Assembly: GCA_002269645.1 (NCBI GenBank)
Contig: NIVC01000776.1
Span: 124,001 to 188,000, forward strand
Direction: 5' to 3'
Source: Macrostomum lignano
Lineage: Eukaryota
Length of the DNA stretch: 64,000 nt
The notes beneath the pieces were generated by a model. It saw only the letters and a program-made list of their open reading frames with translations, made no database searches and was not told the DNA's origin. The translations under genes and the position numbers were made by a program. This document shows, piece by piece, positions 1-12,400 of the stretch; the stretch's first letter is position 1, and each line of letters starts with the position of its first letter.

Positions 1-415
1 CTGTTTATAGAAGGCAAATATAAGCGGCAAGGGACTCCATGGGAGCAGCCCTACATCAGGCGCAGGTGGAATTGAGGGCTTGAATGATTCGCATATCCCT
101 CATCCACCCAGACTGAAAATGGTCAGCCCAAAAGCTGCATACCGCCTGCTGCGATGCGCGACTTGCCGACCGGATGTTTTGCTGCACCGCTGGCCAGACC
201 GGAGATCCGGAGCGGTGCCGCCTCCCTCTTGTTCCGCGACCCCCCCCCCCCTGTTGGTGTCGCCTGCGTTCCAGCAAAACTATTTTCTTTTCCAACCCAC
301 CTGCCAAATCGCATTCCCCAGATTAAAGACAGAAGCTGTTTGGCTCAGGCAGTGAACGCGGCAGTTTGAAGAGTTGCCGCTCCGGACAGGGGAGCCCTCC
401 CTGGCCTGGCAGCTA

Positions 416-637
416 AAATAGCTTCGGAACTTTCCACTGAGCCTGTAAATAGCTTCGGAACTTTCCACTGAGCCTGTAAATAGCTTCGGAACTTTCCACT
501 GAGCCTGTAAATAGCTTCGGAACTTTCCACTGAGCCTGTAAATAGCTTCGGAACTTTCCACTGAGCCTGTAAATAGCTTCGGAACTTTCCACTGAGCCTG
601 TAAATAGCTTCGGAACTTTCCACTGAGCCTGTAAATA
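416..637. repeat. 31-bp minisatellite, about 7 copies (GCTTCGGAACTTTCCACTGAGCCTGTAAATA)
   Basis: Head-to-tail identical units with no spacers; probably within the GPCR intron. Confidence 0.95.
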
Positions 638-2415
638 AGGCCCACTGATGTACAAAGCGAAAAGTACGTGTGACATGTATGCGACAGTCGGGCGATTGCA
701 AGATAATTGGCCTTTTTTGATGGCGGTGTGAACCGCTCGCAGCCGGTGCACAGTCGAAGCCTTGAAGCGCTCCCTGCGACGCCGTTATCCTTCAAGACTT
801 TGTTGCAGAAATGAATTAATCTCCTATTTCTCTAGCAGTTTAAAGGTCTGTTACAGAATAAGGCTTAAAGTAGGTGCGCAAGATACGTAACAAGGCAGCT
901 GCATGTACATCCGGTACCAATTTGGATTTCGTTACATAAGACAGGTGAAAGTAATTGCAAGATTCGCATTGAGTTATTCATTATTAATAACTCCGTTTAT
1001 GGCTTGGCTCTCGACTTCTCGACTTCAATTAATTAGGCAAGACGAGGCGGCGGCAGCTGAAATCCGGCAATCCCGCTCGGAGGCGGATGAAGGCGTCAAG
1101 CTGCGCGTGGCAACCAAAGCCCGACGGTCGCTGGGATAAGAATCCGGGAGGGATCGAGGAATTCCGCCCGCGTCTCTCGCCTCCCCCCTCCCCCTGTCCC
1201 TGGGTGACCCCCCGCCGGCTACCCGTGGCAGGATGCCGCCCCTTCATATCCCAGTTCTCCCGCCCTGACCGGCCACTCCGGCTCGCAGATTGATTGCCGG
1301 CAATCGGCTTTCACTTATCCCAGGGCGAGCCGCTGCATTGTGCGCTTCGCTGATTTCGCCTTTTTAGAAATTGCATTCCTCACGCATTCCCCCGGCCACC
1401 GGCTCGGTCCGTATTTATTTTGACTGTCTCAAACTGGCTCGCATGATGCTCTCCAAGCCAGTGAGCCCGCACGGGTCCATTCAGTTCTGCTTGTGCAAAG
1501 ACAGCCAGTTTCGCTTGCTTCTAAGTTCTACCAAACCAGCCCCGACGGCGTAAAATATTAACTCTTTGTTATTTGAACTTCAAAGATTTTTCTGGTCTAT
1601 TAATTCAAATCTTTGCCGCACAGTATCCTTTGTGATCACCACGGCGCTAAAGAACTCCAATTCAATTCTATTTGAATGCGAATTTTTTATTATCTATTAT
1701 TATAGTTGATGAAACCGTCCCAGCTCTGAAAGTAAACTTTCCGAAAGTAGTTCGGATCTGAAAATTCTTCAAATGCCAAATGCTAATCCTGGCAGGCTTC
1801 ATATCCAAGAGAGTCTGAGATCCCGTCTTATTCGCCTTTGATCTCCCAATTCCATTCCGTCTGACCGCAGGCCATCCGGGAATTCAATTTGCATGGTCGC
1901 TGATGAGCCTCCCTGCATCTTGCCCGGTATGCTCATCCTGCATGAGATGGCCAGCCTGGAGGAGGACGGCGAGTTCCAATCACAGCAAATGCCATGCATG
2001 CGCCGCAGCGGCTCAATGGATGAGCCATCATCATTTGCTTCCATTGCATAGCGGGATTTCGCATTGTGCGCGGTTGCCATGCGCCTCTACCTACGGATCT
2101 TCATAAATGAATGCGGCTTCTGCAGCTCTCTGGCGCCAGGGGGCAGGAGACGGGTCAGCTGTCCCGGAAATCCACTGTGGAGGCGCCGCCCGCCCCCCTC
2201 TCACCTGCAGGGGTAGGTCGCTCCCCGCTGCTGCCCAGGTGAGCCAACAGCGCTCACAACTGCTGCCTCTGCTTCCTGACTTTTGTATTTGAAGTTGAGT
2301 TTGTGTTAGACTGCCCAGCAGCTAACTAATTGAGTCTCTGCTTTGCAAAGCCTTACAGGAGACTCTGAGTAGATCGCTGCTTCCATGGTTTCTATGCTTT
2401 CCATAGCTATAAGGC

Positions 2416-2626
2416 AGCTAATCCCTTAATGCTCAGGTTGGTCAGCTAATTCCCTAATGCTCAGGTTGGTCAGCTAACTCCCTAATGCTTAGGTTGGTCA
2501 ACTAATTCCCTAATGCTCAGGTTGGTCAGCTAATTCCCTAATGCTCAGGTTGGTCAACTAATTCCCTAATGCTCAGGTTGGTCAGCTAATCCCCTAATGC
2601 CCAGGTTGGTCAGCTAATCCCCTACT
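2416..2626. repeat. 28-bp minisatellite, about 7 copies (CTAATGCTCAGGTTGGTCAGCTAATTCC)
   Basis: Tandem units just inside the GPCR intron; most junctions read CCCTAA. Confidence 0.93.
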
Positions 2627-2775
2627 CCTCGGGAATGACCAACTCTAAGCAACCTCTGCTGGTGCAACCTATCTTAATGCCGATGGAGGGACAAGCCAAC
2701 CTTGCTGTTGCGGCCCATCAGCTTGAAACCCCTGGCAACCCAAAGCACTCAGTGCGCCATTCGGAGGCAACTCAC

Positions 2776-3034
2776 CAGTCAGCAGGAGTGACAGGTCGCT
2801 GACTGCCAGGCTAAACAGGTACAAATTGGTGACAGTGTGCAGGCATTTGGTGCGAGCGATCACCACGCAGGTGCACAGGTTGCCGCTGACTCCCAGCATC
2901 AGGATGAGTGAGTAGATGACTCCGAAGGGGACCTTGAATTGCAGCGACGTCTGCCGCTGGCCCAGCGTCCGCTCCATCACCGAGTTGATGAAGCTGCTGT
3001 CCTCCTGGGTGCAGTCACCTTGGCTAGAATTCAT
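2776..3034 (-). CDS. First coding exon of a rhodopsin-family neuropeptide GPCR (neuromedin U / pyrokinin-capa PRXamide receptor-like); remaining exons not found in the window
   Basis: MNSSQ...VIYSLILMLGVSGNLCTCVVIARTKCLHTVTNLYLFSLAVSDLSLLLTG gives TM1 GN, the TN.YLFSLAVSD TM2 motif and the NMUR/PRXamide-type ICL1. GTGAG donor at 2775 (phase 1); TTAG acceptor 2 nt upstream of the ATG. Confidence 0.88.
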
Positions 3035-3051
3035 TGCTAAGCGTTCGCCCG

Positions 3052-3213
3052 ATGAGAACTGTCTGTCCGAACTATGAGAACTGTCTGTCCGAACTATGAG
3101 AACTGTCTGTCCGAACTATGAGAACTGTCTGTCCGAACTATAAGAATTGTCTGTCCGAACTATGAGAACTGTCTGTCCGAACTATGAGAACTGTCTGTCC
3201 GAACTATGAGAAC
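3052..3213. repeat. 22-bp minisatellite, about 7 copies (ATGAGAACTGTCTGTCCGAACT)
   Basis: Near-perfect tandem units directly upstream of the GPCR start exon. Confidence 0.95.
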
Positions 3214-5345
3214 GCTTTCAAGACGCGGGGGAAATCGCGAGTGCAAAGTTTCCCATAACTTTTGCCCATAAATGTCTTTCTCGGCATCGATCCGGTGGGA
3301 CACTGGCGCAGTGCGAGTTGAGTTCATTGGCCCTCGCCCGGCAGTGCGCGACCCGACCAATGGCTGGCGCCTTGGGCTGGTGGAAGCTGCCCAGCTGCTC
3401 GATTTGGCGGAATCCCCAACTTCACGAAATCCTTCTGGCATTCCACATTCGTACCGCATCCTGGATTGGGGAAGCAAGCATGAAAGAGTCGAGAGTCAAC
3501 AAGTCATCTTCGTTACCGCTCTGCTACTTTGCTCCCACAGAATTTGCTCCTGAGTTGTTGGCCGCAGCCCAGCAAAATTTCGATAAGCATCCCCCGAGTA
3601 TTTCTTTAGGCACCACCTAAGCTCCGAGGCGGAAAGTATGGTGTAAATCGAGACAAAAACTTGAAAGAGTTTGTTTCCGCTGGGGACAGGCCTATCATCA
3701 CGCAAGATTGATCGCACAGGACGTTGGTCTGGAAGTTTCGTTGCCAAGAACAGGGCTGTTTGGCAGCAGCAGACAAAAGTGAGAAGGTGGGGTTGGGGAG
3801 GCAGAAAGGTAGGCAATCACTGAACACATGGGACCATGCTTCATCAAGTGAGGCTGAGAAAATAGCCAGCTGTTTCATGCATGGAGTCGCAGTGTGCTCA
3901 CCTCAGGCACAGGCTGCTCATTGATCTCCTGAAAGCAAATTAACGCAGCTACGGCGCGCGGTGCGCGGTGCGCGGTGAAGTGTTTGCTCGATTTTCCCAC
4001 CCCGTTGGACTGAGAGGCCTAGCACCTCTGTCATGACCTTGAAAATTTAAATTTGGAAGGTAGCCAATTCATTGCAGTCGCTCCTGAGATTTGATTTGGG
4101 CTTTGAGAAAAAGTGAAAAGACTTATGTAGCACACCGAATAGGTACTGCATGAGCTCAGTGAGCAAATTCTAGCTGAAGAGAACAGGCTGCTTTATTCCC
4201 ATTGATGATGAACTCCTCCGTGTCCTCAGCTTCCAAAGATGGACCAGGCAAAGCCTAAGAAGCTGCTACATTGCTGCAGGTGTAAATATTGAATACGTTT
4301 TCTAGAAGATGAAACCAATTGATGAGGAGACGGACTCAACACTCACTTATCAGGCTCCCTGGAAATGTAGTGCTCGAGTATTCAAACTCGAAAGAGAAAA
4401 AAAAACACAATTTGTCCCATTACCAAAATTGACAAAGCTAGCGGGCAGACAGCGGGGCCAGGTGCACGCACCCTGTTCACATCAAAAACAGCTGGGGACC
4501 AGTGGAGCTCTGCGCCGAGTTGAAGCATTGCACAACTCCAGCCGGACAGAGTGCATCACAAATTTCATCACAGAAGAAATTCCTAGCTACTGTTCTCGGC
4601 GGCGTCAGCTCCGACTCCTTGGCCTGCAGAAACTCGCCGCTGCTGTCACCCGGGACAAGCTGGCTGTGCCGCTGTTGTGCGGCGACTCGAGCTGAGCAAC
4701 AACATCGTTATGAATGACGTCAGGGACGACGCTATCCTTGCCTCTCCGTCTGGACATGTAAAACTACTTTAGTAATTCCGCTTGAACAATGTGTCGAGCC
4801 CTATACTGACTTAATCTGAGCTCGGCTTCTTAAATTAAATCACAAAGGTTAAGTGGATTGCACGTGAATATTAAGAAGACTTAATGATTCGATATTGACA
4901 CTATATCCTTCCTGTCATTACTACTCATAGCCTACAGCATGGATATCAGTTAACGCTGTAGGAAGTTGATGGCGCTCTTTGATCAGTTGACTTTTTAGAG
5001 AAACGCAAAGCATCCAAGTTTAAATTAACATCCATGATCAGAAAAATAGATGCTTTAGTGTCTAATATACGGTCAAATTATACGTTTAATACTCGAATGC
5101 GAGTACATCTTATGCGTCCATAGCTACAATATTTTTCGCCTTAATTGCAAAGTACATAATTATATAAGCTATAAACTGCATGATACGGTTGGAAAAATTA
5201 TGATCAGCAATTAAAGTAAAAAAAATAAATCAGCAACAACTTCTTGGAAATTGATGCAAACCTCCGCAGCAACAGTATATACCAAAGCCTATTTATGCAT
5301 CGTATTACTGGAAGTTACGAGTTTGTAAGCCGTAGTGATAGTATG

Positions 5346-7511
5346 CGCGGGTGCGCAGATCCAGGACTCTGAAGTCCAGGGTGCGCAGAGTCCTCAACAT
5401 CCGCCCCGACTGCGTTCAATCTGATCACCGCCTGGTGGCATGCGACTTTGATCTGCACTGGCAAAAGCTCCGGCCTGCGCCATCTCACCCGCTCTGGGCC
5501 GATCTGAGAAACCCGGACACGCGGCAGGTCTTCCTACTCAAGCTGCTTGCCGCCACTCCTGCTTCAGCCAAGTCCTTCGAGTCTTTCCATCACGCTGTCG
5601 AGGATGCTGCAACGCTTCTCCCACGGAGACAGTCAAATCATCCAAAGGCCCTGTGGGACCGCGATCTCATCATCTCCCAGGCAAGGCGGCATGTGCAGAG
5701 GACTGCTGCACTCCACGGCCATGACAGCGACCAGGCCAGTGCTGCCAGGGACAAGCTGCAGCGCATCTACGCCCAGCGGACTGAAGCCTTCATCGAAGAG
5801 GCTGTGAGCGAAATCCAACACACCACTGACAACTGCCGCCATAGTGCTGCCTGGAGGGCCATCAACCAGCTGACTGGCAGGAAGCCCAGGCCCAACACCA
5901 TCGTCGGCGCTGATTCCACCGAGCACCGCAAGGCCCTGCTGGCCACCCATTACCGCGAGGTGCTCAACGCGCCCGCTCCAACTGCGCCTCTTCAGCCAAT
6001 CCCAGACTTCGCTCCAGCCCAGCCAGGCCCCATCTTTGCAGGCGAGGTTGACCGAGCACTGAGGACCATGCGAGCTGATGCCGCCGCTGGGGTGGACGCC
6101 ATCCCCCCCAGGGTCCTGAAGCTGCCCGAGCTCACCCCGATCATCCCCTGCCTGCTGAACAAGCACTGCAGCCTTGGAGGCAACGAGACCGCCTCAGCTC
6201 CTCAGCAATGGCGCACCTCTCCAAGATTGTCTCCATCCCGAAGAAAGGTGCCTCCACCAGCCTGGACAACCAGCGAGGCATCGCTCTGGAATGCACAACG
6301 CCGAAGCTGCTGAACGCGATTCTGCGCAACCACCTCCTGCCCGGCCTTAACCCGCTGCTGCTGAGCTTCCAAAGCGGCTTCCGCCCGGGCAGGTCCACCA
6401 CCGAGCAGGTTGCCACCATCCGCTCTGTCATCGAGGCCTGCAAGACCCGCGAGCGCTCATCTTTGTCGACTTTCGCAAGGCGTTTGACTCGGTGTCCAGG
6501 CCTGCGATCGCTTGGCTTTTATCTCACTATGGTGCACCTGCTGCGCTGGTGAGCGCGGTGATGGACCTCTACCGCGACTCCAGGGCTTTTGTCATGTCGA
6601 GCGACGGCCCCACAGAAGAGTTCGGCACCAGCTCAGGCGTCCTTCAGGGCGACACGCTGGCTCCTCTGCTCTTCCTCGTGGTTGTGGACTACGTGCTTCG
6701 TCGGTCCCTCCGCGAGGATGACAGCTACTTGCTGGTCTCACGCCGAAGCTCCAGACACCCTGCTGTTTCGCTCCCCGCTCTGGCGTATGCTGACGACATC
6801 GCGCTGCTCTGCCGCGGTGAACGCTCGCAAGACGGAGGCACTGCACGTGGGCACGAATACCGCCCCTGCAACTCTAACGCTGCCCAATGGAGACCGCATC
6901 GCGGTGTGAGAGGACTTCCGGTAACTCGGCGCCCTGATGATGAGCCCCGATGCGATTGTCTCCGACAGGAGGAACCAGGCCTGGCGCGCCGCGTACCTCC
7001 TCAGGAACGTTTTTAATTCAGCTGCCAGAGACGACCTGAAGGTGCGCCTGTTACGCGCAGCCGTCGAGCCGATCCTGCTGTACGGCATGGAGGCTGTGCC
7101 GCTGTCCGAAACATGAGAGTGAGCCTTGGACGCGCGCTTTACCGATCGCTGCTGCGCTACGCGCTGGGCGTGCACTACCCGGATCGCCTGCCGACCAACG
7201 CTCTGATGGCCCGCGCTGGAACTCCGCCCCTGAGCGCTACCCTGCGCCGGCGCCGCCAGATGCTGCTGGGCCACTGCCTACGGACCCTGGGTCGGGGGTG
7301 CGCCCGACCCTCCGGCCCTGGCCATGCTGCACCGGCCGACCGAGCAATTGCGCCGCGGCCAGACCCGCACTGCTACTAACGGACTGCCTCATCGCTGACT
7401 TGCAGGCGCTTGAGCTGACCTTTCAGCTTGCTGCTGCTGCCTGCTCCTCCCGCCTGTTCTGCGAGCGTGTGCGCGCAAGGGGCCTCCTCTCTGCGTCCTA
7501 ATATATATATA
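5346..7511 (+). mobile_element. 5'-truncated non-LTR retrotransposon (RTE-like; end of APE endonuclease + reverse transcriptase), frameshifted
   Basis: APE C-terminal SDHRLV; RT motifs GFRPGRSTTEQV, GVLQGDTLAPLLF and YADDIAL spread over several frames; (TA)n tail; 13-bp TSD TAGTGATAGTATG at 5333-5345 and 7512-7524. Confidence 0.93.
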
Positions 7512-8594
7512 TAGTGATAGTATGGATGTATTTTTCAGACATCTGTCTATCTTTTTAAAGTTATTTAATGATATCAAATGTTCAGATAAAGAGTTTAGAG
7601 GCTTATTATTTAAAGCGTTTTTTATTACTTATCAAAGTGATTTCGGAACAGAGATAATTTACTTGCTCGTATTACGAGATCAGTTCCACGGAATCACTTG
7701 ATGGTGCAAACAAATTGATAAACGAAAAAACTTTTAAATGTCAGTTTTCATAGAAACACACTGGAAACATTTTTATTTTGGTGTCGGTCGGATCCTATTT
7801 CTGTATTCTATAATTTGCTACTACACTGTATATCAATACCATTTTCAGAATTTCAGTGCATTGAATACCTTACTTATAGCAATTTCATGATTACAACTTT
7901 ATACTAATAGAATTTGCTTGGAAATGTTCCTAAAAATAGCAATAAATTAGATGGGCAATCTTCTAGTTTCACCACTGTCATTTGATGGTAAATAGTTGAA
8001 TTATGTACACAATAATGTATGTCTTTTGTATGCTAATAGCTACGCTATACACTGGCTCTGTGGCACAATTTTTTCAGCGGATTTCTATATGCCAGATACT
8101 TTATGCCAACAATTTTCCATGTCGATGTCCATTGTATTGTATACCAGAATTTTGTGGCATATATCTTATATGTAAGATTTGAGAGTGTGGGTTTAGGGCC
8201 TAGGTGCAAATTTAAGCTATTCTACTTAATAGTATTTGAGATGCTAGGCCTAGCATCAGATAGCAGGCAATTGACAAAATGTTAGGTATGCACCTATCTA
8301 TTAGTAGGCCTAAGGGTGCCTATAGTGTTAGCAATAGTATCTTATATACTTAGCTATAAGCATTATGACTTAACTTAGATGACATATACCTAGCTTGCTA
8401 GCTTGTTGCCAATGGTGCAATAATTTACTAGGATATAATAGGCCAGTTTGGCAACCCAGTGCCATATTGGTAACTTGCTTATAGCCAATCTTGAAAGACA
8501 AATTAATAATAATAATAATAGGATTAATTAATTCTATCAATTCCTAAGCAATCCTAAGCAATTCTCTTTAAATATGTTACTTTAGGCTAGCTGA

Positions 8595-8876
8595 ATTTTA
8601 TTTCAAAGAAAAATTTAACATTCTACAATCTACTATTTTATTGCTTATTGCTATATTATTTCATCTTTTAAAATGGTTATTTGAGTCCTACCCTTAGTTT
8701 GCTTGCACTTATTTTCTATTTTTTAGTTATTTTATTTTATTTCAAAGAAAAATTTAACATTCTACAATCTACTATTTTATTGCTTATTGCTATATTATTT
8801 CATCTTTTAAAATGGTTATTTGAGTCCTACCCTTAGTTTGCTTGCACTTATTTTCTATTTTTTAGTTATTTTATTT
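8595..8876. repeat. Direct tandem duplication of a 139-bp AT-rich unit (2 copies)
   Basis: TTTCAAAGAAAAATTTAACATTC...TTAGTTATTTT starts at 8601 and again at 8740. Confidence 0.9.
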
Positions 8877-9402
8877 AGCTTATATCTTTTTTATTTTAAT
8901 TGTTTTGTTATTCATTGTTTGCATTAGGCTTAGGATAATAGTAATATTTATAACTTTTTAAAGCTTGTTTTAGGCTTTTGTAACTAAGCAATTGGTTAAA
9001 TTTTAATTTACTGATTTATACTTTTATTCTAGTAATTTTTTGGTTTTTATTTCCTATATATTTGTATTAATATAGATAAAATTTAATATTGTAATGAAGA
9101 ATTAATTGATATATTATATTATAGTATTTAATTCTTCATTATATAAACATATTTGTTCTAATGACTTAAAATTTATTTGATAAATAGATTAATAGAGAAA
9201 TAATTCTAGCAATATTGGGTTGGCAAGATAATAAAACATTTTATTTAAACAAAATATAAATACAAGCATAAATTTGTTTTTAGTTTCTTAACACATTAAA
9301 GTTGCACCCGGTCTTCTCTTTCTTTATATCAATGTAGTATGCATCACTGATTAATATAGTAATGTCTGTTTTAATTAATTTCAGCCATGCTGCATGCCAA
9401 AC

Positions 9403-12400
9403 ATGACAAATTTTTTCAAGCAATTTTATCTGCTGCAATGGAAAAACATTAAACTGAAGCAGAGACAATGGGTAAGAATTTCCCTACTTATTATGACCAG
9501 CTTCCTGAGTAGTGTCATGCAATATAGGACTCGCTCCACCGCAGGCGAAGACCTCCATCGAGCTGGTGATGCCGCTGGTGTTCTTCATGATCCTGGTGGC
9601 GGTGCGTCAGTCGCAGAACTTCATCAGGTCGAGCCCAGAGTGCGACTACCGGCCGACCCCACTGGCCTCCGACGGCCTCTTGGCCGCCCTGCGGTCCGCC
9701 TGTCACCTGGGCGTCTGCCAGAGCAGCGAGTCCGTCTCCAGGGACGAGACTGCAGATGGCGAATGGTGCGTCCCGTCCCGTGTCTGCGTCTTTTGTTCAC
9801 ACAAAATTTAGACCACATATATGCGCAGTTTTTGTTCTCATTGGCTTCGCAGTGAGCTGCCTTGGTCTGCAGGGGTTGCAAGTTCAGACTCCCAGCCTGC
9901 ATGCACTGGACTGTAGGGGGGTTGCAAGCCCAGACTCCCAGCCTGCATCCACTGGACTGTAGGGGGGTTGCAAGTTCAGACTCCCAGCCTACATGCACTG
10001 GACTGTAGGGGGGTTGCAAGCCCAGACTCCCAGCCTGCATGCACTGGACTGTAGGGGGGTTGCAAGCCCAGACTCCCAGCCTGCATCCACTGGACTGTAG
10101 GGGGGTTGCAAGCCCAGACTCCCAGCCTGCATCCACTGGACTGTAGGGGGGTTGCAAGCCCAGACTCCCAGCCTGCATCCACTGGACTGTAGGGGGGTTG
10201 CAAGCCCAGACTCCCAGCCTGCATCCACTGGACTGTAGAGATTGCAGCCCAGACTCCCAGCCTGCATCCACTGGACTGTAGGGGGGTTGCAAGCCCAGAC
10301 TCCCAGCCTGCATCCACTGGACTGTAGGGGGGTTGCAAGCCCAGACTCCCAGCCTGCATCCACTGGACTGTAGGGGGGTTGCAAGCCCAGACTCCCAGCC
10401 TGCATCCACTGGACTGTAGGGGGGTTGCAAGCCCAGACTCCCAGCCTGCATCCACTGGACTGTAGGGGGTTGCAAGCCCAGACTCCCAGCCTGCTTTAAG
10501 CTATATCTTAAGCATTCTGCACAGCCGCACTCCGAACCAATCAGAGCAGTGCCGCAATCCCCGCAGGTACGGCAACGCCAGCACTGCGCTGGCTGCTGTC
10601 AACAAGCTGATGGCGCATCGGACCACGCGTTTGGTGGCATCCGCGGCCCTGAAGGCTCTTCCCACCAACTGGACTGACCCAGATCGTGAGTTCGCTGAAT
10701 GCTTGCACCTGTTAGTGCAGCGATAGTGCCTTGCTAAAGTATCTTACGCTACATATCAGCAGTCGGGGAAACTCTCAATAGAGGAAAGTGAATGCTAGTC
10801 ACCGGGATGGAGCAGGAAGTTCAGCTCCCAACCGAATCAACTGAAATCGGCCACTGATCTTTCTAGAATATTCTTGAAGCTTAACTAGATGAAATGGACA
10901 GAATCTGCAAACGTGCCTTGATGGCTCGCTCTAATCCTATATCGCTAATCCTACATCGCTAATCCTATATCGCTAATCCTATATCGCTAATCCTACATCG
11001 CTAATCCTATATCGCTAATCCTATATCGCTAATCCTATATCGCTAATCCTATATCGCTAATCCTACATCGCTAATCCTATATCGCTAATCCTATATCGCT
11101 AATCCTATATCGCTAATCCTATATCGCTAATCCTATATAGCTAATCCTATATCGCTAATCCTATATCGCTAATCCTACATCGCTAATCCTATATCGCTAA
11201 TCCTATATCGCTAATCCTACATCGCTAATCCTATATCGCTAATCCTATATCGCTAATTCTATATCGCTAATCCTATATCGCTAATCCTACATCGCTAATC
11301 CTATGTCGCTAATCCTATATCGCTAATCCTATATCGCTAATCCTATGTCGCTAAATCCTATGTCGCTAATCCTATGTCGCTAATCCTATATCGCTAATCC
11401 TATATCGCTAATCCTATATCGCTAATCCGTATGCAGTATGCTAAATAATCCGTGAATAAATTGATTTTGCAGAAGTGAAGCAGGTGCCACTGAAGAGGCT
11501 GTTCACCAGGCCGAAGGATCTGTTCAACGGAGTGAATGCTACGGACGATGAAATCCGGAAGTTGATGTCGGCCACCGTGCCTCTGCCGAAGGTGAAAATT
11601 GAGCTTATTAGAGTCTATACTTGTTTCTTTGCTATACTAGTCTGCAGAGCCTTCTAAGCCTGCAATAATGAAGTTTGTCATTTTCTGTGCAGATATTTTG
11701 ATCAGTGCGAACCCTCATTGTCCATTCTTAATGTTCATTTAATCGTGCGGTGTTGATCCATTGACATCTGCACTAGCATCTCATTAATATTGGCCAACTG
11801 GGACTTTATAGTTGGCGCCCATAGGGCAATACCACTCCCCCTTTTGAACCAAGCGTTGCAAGCTAAGGTGCTAAAATTAGCATTGAGGCGTCAAAATGTC
11901 AAGAAAAATGTCAAGACGAGCGCCAAGGTGTCAAGATGGGCGCCAAGGTTTCAGGATGAGCGCCAAGGTGTCAGGATGAGCGCCAAGGTGTCAAGATGGG
12001 CGCCAAGGTTTCAGGATGAGCGCCAAGGTGTCAGGATGAGCGCCAATGCGTCAAGATGGGCGCCAAGGTGTCAGGATGAGCGCCAAGGTGTCAGGATGAG
12101 CGCCAAGGTGTCAGGATGAGCGCCAATGTGTCAGGATGAGCGCCAATGTGTCAGGATGAGCGTCAAGCTACACTTAGCAAAGTCTAATACTGTCTCAACA
12201 ATAATTAAAAGGGGGACATTGACCCTCTTGCTGCCCCCAACCTCGGGTCCCTGCTCAAGTCTAATTAAAGGCCAGCAGGTGCTTCGGAAATTCGCTCACA
12301 TCTCCGCAATCCCTCAGAAGCTGAACCTGCGCCTCGACTTCTTGCTCAGAAGCGCGCTTTTGGCGCAGTCCATGCCGTCAGACGCGGAGGCTCCACAGAC

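Noticed and set aside
800-2400. Further GPCR exons, or genes among the short ORFs at 0.9-2.3 kb and 3.2-4.7 kb
   Set aside because: No TM3-TM7 motifs (DRY/ERY, CWxP, NPxxY) or other family signatures, and no consistent splice phases were found.
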